This document shows, piece by piece, positions 54,060 to 64,000 of a stretch of DNA of 64,000 nt. Position numbers and translations under genes: made by a program. The stretch's first letter is position 1. Every line of letters begins with the position of its first letter. The notes beneath the pieces were generated by a model, which saw only the letters and a list, made by a program, of their open reading frames with translations, was not told the DNA's origin and searched no databases. Origin of the DNA: the human T2T-CHM13v2.0 reference genome, Homo sapiens; assembly GCF_009914755.1 (NCBI RefSeq), contig NC_060928.1; one strand, given 5' to 3'.

Positions 54060-55460
54060 TGAAAGGAAAGGAGGGAAGAGAGGAAAGTTACAAGCAAAGA
54101 GAATGACATGAACAAAGGCACAGATGGATGAAAATCCATACATGTTGAAGAAACCATGAATTGCATTATTACTAGAGTATGAAATATATAAAACAGAGTA
54201 GCAGTGGTGAAAATTATGAGATGAGTGGGAGCAGATCGTGGCCCTGTGTGCTGAGATCAGGGATCTATTGCTGCAGATCTCTTGAAAGATTTTAAGCAGG
54301 AGGTGGGTGTGGTCTGATTTGTTTTTTAAACAAATCGCTTTGACAGCATTGTAAAAAATAGTTGTGAGAAGGATGAAATTGATCCAGTTGCTAAAGCATG
54401 CTGGAGATGATGAGAAACCAACTGGGATAAAGTGAGAGAGGTGCAGAGTTGGAGGCAAACTTGGTAAATATTTATGAGAAAAAAATAAAAGGATCTGGTG
54501 AGCAATGAGATATAATGGGGAGAGAAAGAGGAGGGTTCCAGGATTAACAATGAGCTCTCCTTGGATAACCAGACTAGTGGTCAAATTTCACACACAACGA
54601 GGGCAGGTTAGAGAGGGAATGGGAGGGATGTTATGAGTTCAGTCAGGAGAAGATAATTTTCAGATGCTTGTGTAGCAATGCTTTGTCTCTAAAAATAAAT
54701 AAATAAAAATAAAAAGATACATATTTTTAAATAAGGAAATACCTAGTAATACATAAATCGGAGGCTCAGGAGAACAACGTTAGAGAAAAATATGCAAGTT
54801 ATGAGCACAAAAATATATGTTTACCAATTAAAGTTGTTTACTTGGTTATACTAGAAAACACAAAATAGCAGCAGTTTTAACAGAATAAAAATTTATTTCT
54901 CTAGATCCAAAGGTGGGGAGTAGGGGCTGTAATGATGGCTATAACCTGTCATCAGGGAGCCAGACTCCCAGCTTTCTGCACCACCATCCTCAGTGCACAG
55001 CTTACATCCTGTTCTGGTGTGGCTGCTCAAGCTCTTCCCACCGTGTTCATATTTCAGGAAGCTGCAAGAAGACAGCAAGGGCAAGAGAGGGCACTTTCCA
55101 GCACCTTTTAGGAGCCGCCTCTGAAATCTCATACACCAGTTCTGCTTGCAACTCCTTAGCCAGATCGTCAACGTATGGTGCACCTAAGTATGACAGAGAC
55201 TGGGAAATGTAATCTTATAGCTGAGTCCATTAACTCCTTGTATAAAATTGATATTCTGCTACTTAAGAGGGGTGAGTGGATATTGGTTAAACAAAGAGTA
55301 ATCTCTGTTACATCATGCAAATGACTAAGATGGAGGAAGAACTTGAAGCATAAAAATAAAGTGGGTCAAGACAGACCTAAGAGGAATGATTTAAGGGGCA
55401 GACAAAGGGAAGGCACTGAGAAGGGAAAATATTAAAGGGAGGGGAAGAACCCAGGGGAGG
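54060..55460 (-). mobile_element. L2 fragment interrupted by an MLT1J-like LTR
   Basis: Purine-rich + strand with gattttaagcagg...tggtctgatttgttttttaaa. Confidence 0.6.
54818..55312 (-). mobile_element. MaLR LTR (MLT1J-like)
   Basis: gtcatcagggagccagactcc...gagactgggaaatgtaatctt...gtggatattgg...tctctgttaca. Confidence 0.7.
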
Positions 55461-56496
55461 AAGTACCTTTTCCACAGTTTTCCAAATAGTGAGTCATTAA
55501 GCCTTCTGCAGTTGTAATCATATTACATTCCTGTGAATTAAGCTGATGCTTCTGTGTTATTTTTAAATTGATTATTCAGATTTCTAGCTATAATTTTTTA
55601 TTATATACTTATTTATGCCTGATATCTGTGATCATGATATCTGTGGTCATTTGGCTTCTTCCAAATAGGCACCTTTGGAAACTGCATTAGCTCCTTCAAG
55701 TCGTCAAAATATGCTGGAGTAACAAGTTCCTAAACAGTATCTTCACTTTCAGATACTGAAATAATTTATGACTCATTCAAAAGCATTAGGTTAATGAGAA
55801 CATTAAAAGTAACAATAGATGTCAAGTCAGAATGCAAAGCCAGAGCAGAAACAAAGTTATACTGATATCCCTTAATAAAATAAACAGTTCTTTACTGAAG
55901 CTTGTCTTTTAAGCAAAATTCTGATATTGAAACCATATTTTTCTCATTCACTGGTACTTCCTATGGGGAAAAAAAAATCAGTCCTAAGACGTTTAAAACA
56001 GAACTGTACTCCAGAGCCAAGTATCTCCTCCACTAATGGGAATGAGGAAATGAAACAGGAAAGAGGAAAAGATATCATTAGTCACAGTATACTGGCTTAT
56101 ACTCTCTAGATAGAAAAAAAGAAATTAACAAGCCTGTCAAGAAAAGGAAAACTGGGGCTAAATGTAGGCCAGAAAAGAGAAAAGAGACTCGCAATCATCA
56201 TTACCTACCAAAAGGCAGCATGAGTGAATTTTCAAAGTATGGTATAGCATTCCTTAAATGGCCATATATCAATTATCGAGTGCTGTTAAGGAATAGTGCC
56301 TTCCAGCTAATTCGGAGCCCTAGGTGTTAATAAGAACCTTACATATCTAAAGTATACTAAGTTGGCAAAGTATTTTAAATGCAATAGGACATTTTAAGTC
56401 ACCTGAAGTTATTAGTAAGATGATATTACATAATCGCATTTTACAAATAGAAAAGCAGATTCAAAAAACCTATCCTTATCTGTCATATGAAAGGAG

Positions 56497-56846
56497 TGCT
56501 GTGGTCTGAATATTTTTGTCCCTTCCAAACTTATCTTGAAACTTAATCCCCCATGCAACAGTGTTAGGAGGTGGGATCTAATGGGAGGCGTTGAGGTCAC
56601 GTGGCTCTACTCTCATGAATGGATTAACGCTGCTATAAAAAATGGGCTTGCAAAAGTGGGTTTGCTGTCTTCTGGTTCTTCCACAATGGCATCCAAGGTG
56701 CCATCTTGGAAGCAGAGAACCTGTTGGTATCTTGATGTTGGACTTCTCAGCCTCCATAACTGTGAGAAAATAAATTTCTGTTCTTTATAAATTACCCAGT
56801 CTGTAACAGAATATCTTCTCTGTGGCAGCATAAATGGACCAAGACA
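56497..56846 (+). mobile_element. MaLR LTR (MSTC/D-like)
   Basis: tgctgtggtctgaat...ccaaggtgccatcttggaagcagaga...aaatggaccaagaca. Confidence 0.88.
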
Positions 56847-57380
56847 AAGTGTAACTGAATTTTTCACTCTAAAAGTTCTATAAGACTATGAGAACTACAC
56901 AAATATTGAGAGATAACGTTAGAACTTGAGGTTTGCAATTCCAAGACCTTGATTCCCTAAAAATCTCACAAGAGCACTTAGTATATATGGCTCAGGTGGA
57001 CCGTCAGTATTCAAACCATTAGCAAAATACCATAAGCAATAATGTTACCACATATTAATGATTAGAGAATGTGTTCATGTATCACAGGTCTTCAGAAAAA
57101 TCATCATAAGGATCAACTGTGCTTAAAAGTATACACAGACATACCAAAAAATAAAGCTCTGATTAAGCCTGTCTCCAATAAAAGAGCACATTATTATTAA
57201 TCTTTACATTCAGGTACTTGTTATATAATTAGGGATCTCAGAAAACTTATATCTAGAACATAGATCATCCTACATTTTTCTTAAATTATAAGGCATATGA
57301 CTGATTTTCATTTTAATTAACTTTCCTGGATAAAAGTTTACACATGGTTTCCTTCTTTTCTCAACTCCCCATTTTGACAG

Positions 57381-57488
57381 TCTTTCAGCATTGCATTATG
57401 ACACAGTTACACAAAGAACCTCTCCAGATGGTTTATCAACACCACATTTTTCATATCAGAGGCAGATATAGAAATGTGGCAATCCATG
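57381..57488 (+). other. Candidate exon (108 nt)
   Basis: Acceptor tttccttcttttctcaactccccattttgacag| and donor ATG|GTAAGT. Confidence 0.25.
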
Positions 57489-57491
57489 GTA

Positions 57492-57960
57492 AGTACTAGT
57501 TTCCTATTGCTATTTTAACAAATTACTACAAACTTAATAGCTTAAAACAACTGCTATTTTACAGATTTAAAGGGCAGAAGTCTGAAATGGGTCTTAGTCA
57601 TCTAAAATCAAGATGTTAACAGAACTGCATTCTTTTAAGCCTCCAAGGGAAAATCTATTTCCTTTCCTTTTCTAGATTCATAGGCTTCCCGCAATCCTTG
57701 GCTCATGGCCCCTTTCTTTATCTTTAAATCCAGTGGAGTTTTTTTTGAATCTTTGAATCTCTCACTTATTCTAAGCATCACTCTCCTTCCTCTGTCTTTC
57801 ACTTATAAAGAACTTTTTGATTACAGGGGCCCACCTAGATAATCCAGGATAATTTCCCCATCTCAAGATTCTGAACTTAATCACATCAGCAAAATTTCTT
57901 TTGCCTTGTAAAGTAATATATTCGTGAGTCTGGAGATGGAGACATGCATGTCTTTGTTAA
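57492..57960 (-). mobile_element. MaLR LTR (MLT1D-like)
   Basis: agtttcctattgct...ccttggctcatggcccc...ataatccaggataatttccccatctcaagat. Confidence 0.85.
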
Positions 57961-58273
57961 AAGGTCTTCTAAAATGCATGACTTATAACAGGGTGTTGTG
58001 TGGTCCTTAAAGTGTGCAGACCTAACTCAGCAAACCAAAACTTGTTTTTCTTTTTTATTATTATTATTATTATACTTTAAGTTTTAGGGTACATGCGCAC
58101 AACATGCAGGTTTGTTACATATGTATACATGTGCCATGTTGGTGTGCTGCACCCATTAACTCGTCATTTAGCATTAGGTATATCTCCTAATGCTGTCCCT
58201 CCCCCCTCCCCCCACCCCACAACAGTCCCTGGTGTGTGATGTTCCCCTTCCTGTGTCCATGTGTTCTCATTGT

Positions 58274-62227
<3,954 letters not shown>

Positions 62228-62289
62228 TATGATGTTAGCTGGTGATTTTGCTCATTAGTTGATGCAGTTTCTTCCTAGCCTTGATGGTC

Positions 62290-63308
62290 TTTGCAATTTG
62301 ACATGTTTTTGCAGTGGCTGGTACTGGATATTCCTTTCCATGTTTAGTCCTTCCCTCAGGAGCTCTTTTAAGGCAGGCCTGGTGGTGACAAAATCTCTCA
62401 GCATTTGCTTGTCTGTGAAGTATTTTGTTTCTCCTTCACTTATGAAGCTTAGTTTGGCTGGATATGAAATTCTGGGTTGAAAATTCTTTTCTTTAAGAAT
62501 GTTGAATATTGGCCCCCACTCTCTTCTGGCTTGTAGAGTTTCTGCCAAGAGATCAGCTGTTAGTCTGATGGGCTTCCCTTTGTGGGTAACCCAACCTTTC
62601 TCTCTGGCTGCCCTTAACATTTTTTCCTTCATTTCAACTTTAGTGAATCTGACAATTATGTGTGTTGGAGTTGCTCTTCTCAAGGATTATCTTTGTGGCG
62701 TTCTCTGTATTTCCTGAATTTGAATATTGGCCTGCCTTGCTAGATTGGGGAAGTTCTCCTGGATAGTATCCTGCAGAGTGTTTTCCAACTTGATTCCATT
62801 CTCCCCGTCACTTTCAAGTACACCAATTAGACGTATATTTGGTCTTTTCACATAGTCCCATATTTCTTGGAGGCTTTGTTCATTTCTTTTTATTCTTTTT
62901 TCTCTAAACTTCTCTTCACACTTCATTTCATTCATTTCATCTTCCATCGCTGATACCCTTTCTTCCAGTTCATTGCGTCAGTTACTGAGGCTTGTGCATT
63001 CATCACATAGTTCTTGTGCCATGGTTTTCAGCTCCTTCAGGTACTTTAAGGACTTCTCTGCATTGGTTATTCTAGTTATCCATTCATCTAATTTTTTTTC
63101 AAAGTTTTTAACTTCTTTGCCATTGGTTCGAACTTCCTCCTTTAACTTGGAGTAGTTTGATCTTCTGAAGCCTTCCTCTCTCAACTCGTCAAAGTCATTC
63201 TCCATCCAGCTTTGCTCCATTGCTGGTGAGGAGCTGCATTCCTTTGGAAGAGGAGAGGCACTCTGATTTTTAGAGTTTCCGGTTTTTCTGCTCTGTTTTT
63301 TTCCCCAT
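62290..63308 (-). pseudogene. L1 ORF1p, disrupted
   Basis: EQSWMENDFDELREEGFRR and QSLQEIWDYVKRPN fragments separated by stops. ATG at 63308. Confidence 0.94.
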
Positions 63309-64000
63309 CTTTGTGGTTTTAGCTACCTTTGGTCTTTGATGATGGTGACGTACAGATGGGTTTTTGGTGTGGATGTCTTTTTTGTTTGTTAGTTTTCCTT
63401 CTAACAGTCAGGACCCTCAGCTGCAGGTCTGTTGGAGTTTACTAGAGGTCCACTCCAGACCCTGTCTGCCTGGGTATCAGCAGTGGTGGCTGCAGAACAG
63501 TGGATATTGGTGAACTGCAAATGCTGCTGCCTGATTGTTCCTCTGGAAGTTTTCTCTCAGAGGAGTACCCGGCCGTGTGAGGTGTCAGTCCGCCCCTACT
63601 GGGGGATGCCTCTCAGTTAGGCTACTCGGGGGTCAGGGATCCACTTGAGGAGGCAGTCTGCCCATTCTCAGATCTCAAGCTGCGTGCTGGGAGAACCACT
63701 ACTCTCTTCAAAGCTGTCAGACAGGGACATTTAAGTCTGCAGAGGTCATTGCTATCTTTTGTTTGTCTGTGCCCTGCCCCCAGAGGTGGAGCCTACAGAA
63801 TCAGGCAGGCCTCCTTGAGCTGTGGTGGGCTCCACCCCGTTTGAGCTTCCGTTTTGTTTATCTACTCAAGCCTGAGCAATGGTGGGTGCCCCTCCCCCAG
63901 CCTTGCTGCCGCCTTGCAGTTAGATCTCAGAGCTGTGCTAGCAATGAGTGAGGCTCCCTGGGCATAGGACCCTCTGAGCCAGGTGCAGGATGTAATCTCC

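Noticed and set aside
54015-54584. 189-aa minus-strand ORF
   Set aside because: Lies in decayed pyrimidine-rich L2 sequence and shows no protein signature.
55620-55649. 15-bp tandem duplication tgatatctgtg(a/g)tca
   Set aside because: Common short slippage product.

Overview
Primate (human-like) non-coding genomic DNA made mostly of transposable-element fossils. I see no intact cellular protein-coding gene, RNA gene or CRISPR array, and nearly all long ORFs in the track are L1 or ERV fragments or their antisense shadows. Main contents: an ancient ERVL provirus (~14.5-25.6 kb) broken up by later insertions, including a 5'-inverted L1PA. A full-length L1PA7-like element (31.4-37.6 kb). A 12.8-kb HERV9/LTR12 composite (37701-50459) with three LTRs, two tRNA-Arg primer-binding sites and a 2.1-kb foreign cargo, all inside one 4-bp target-site duplication (GTAG). 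A near full-length L1PA4-like element (58.0 kb to window end) carrying a templated-insertion repair scar. Many Alu, MIR, L2, MaLR and hAT fragments. The most unusual item is the three-LTR HERV9 composite, which looks like a retroviral capture/transduction event. There are also a few + strand splice-site pairs that may be lncRNA exons. Subfamily names come from recalled consensus sequences and need RepeatMasker/Dfam confirmation. I found no evidence for a new multi-gene system.
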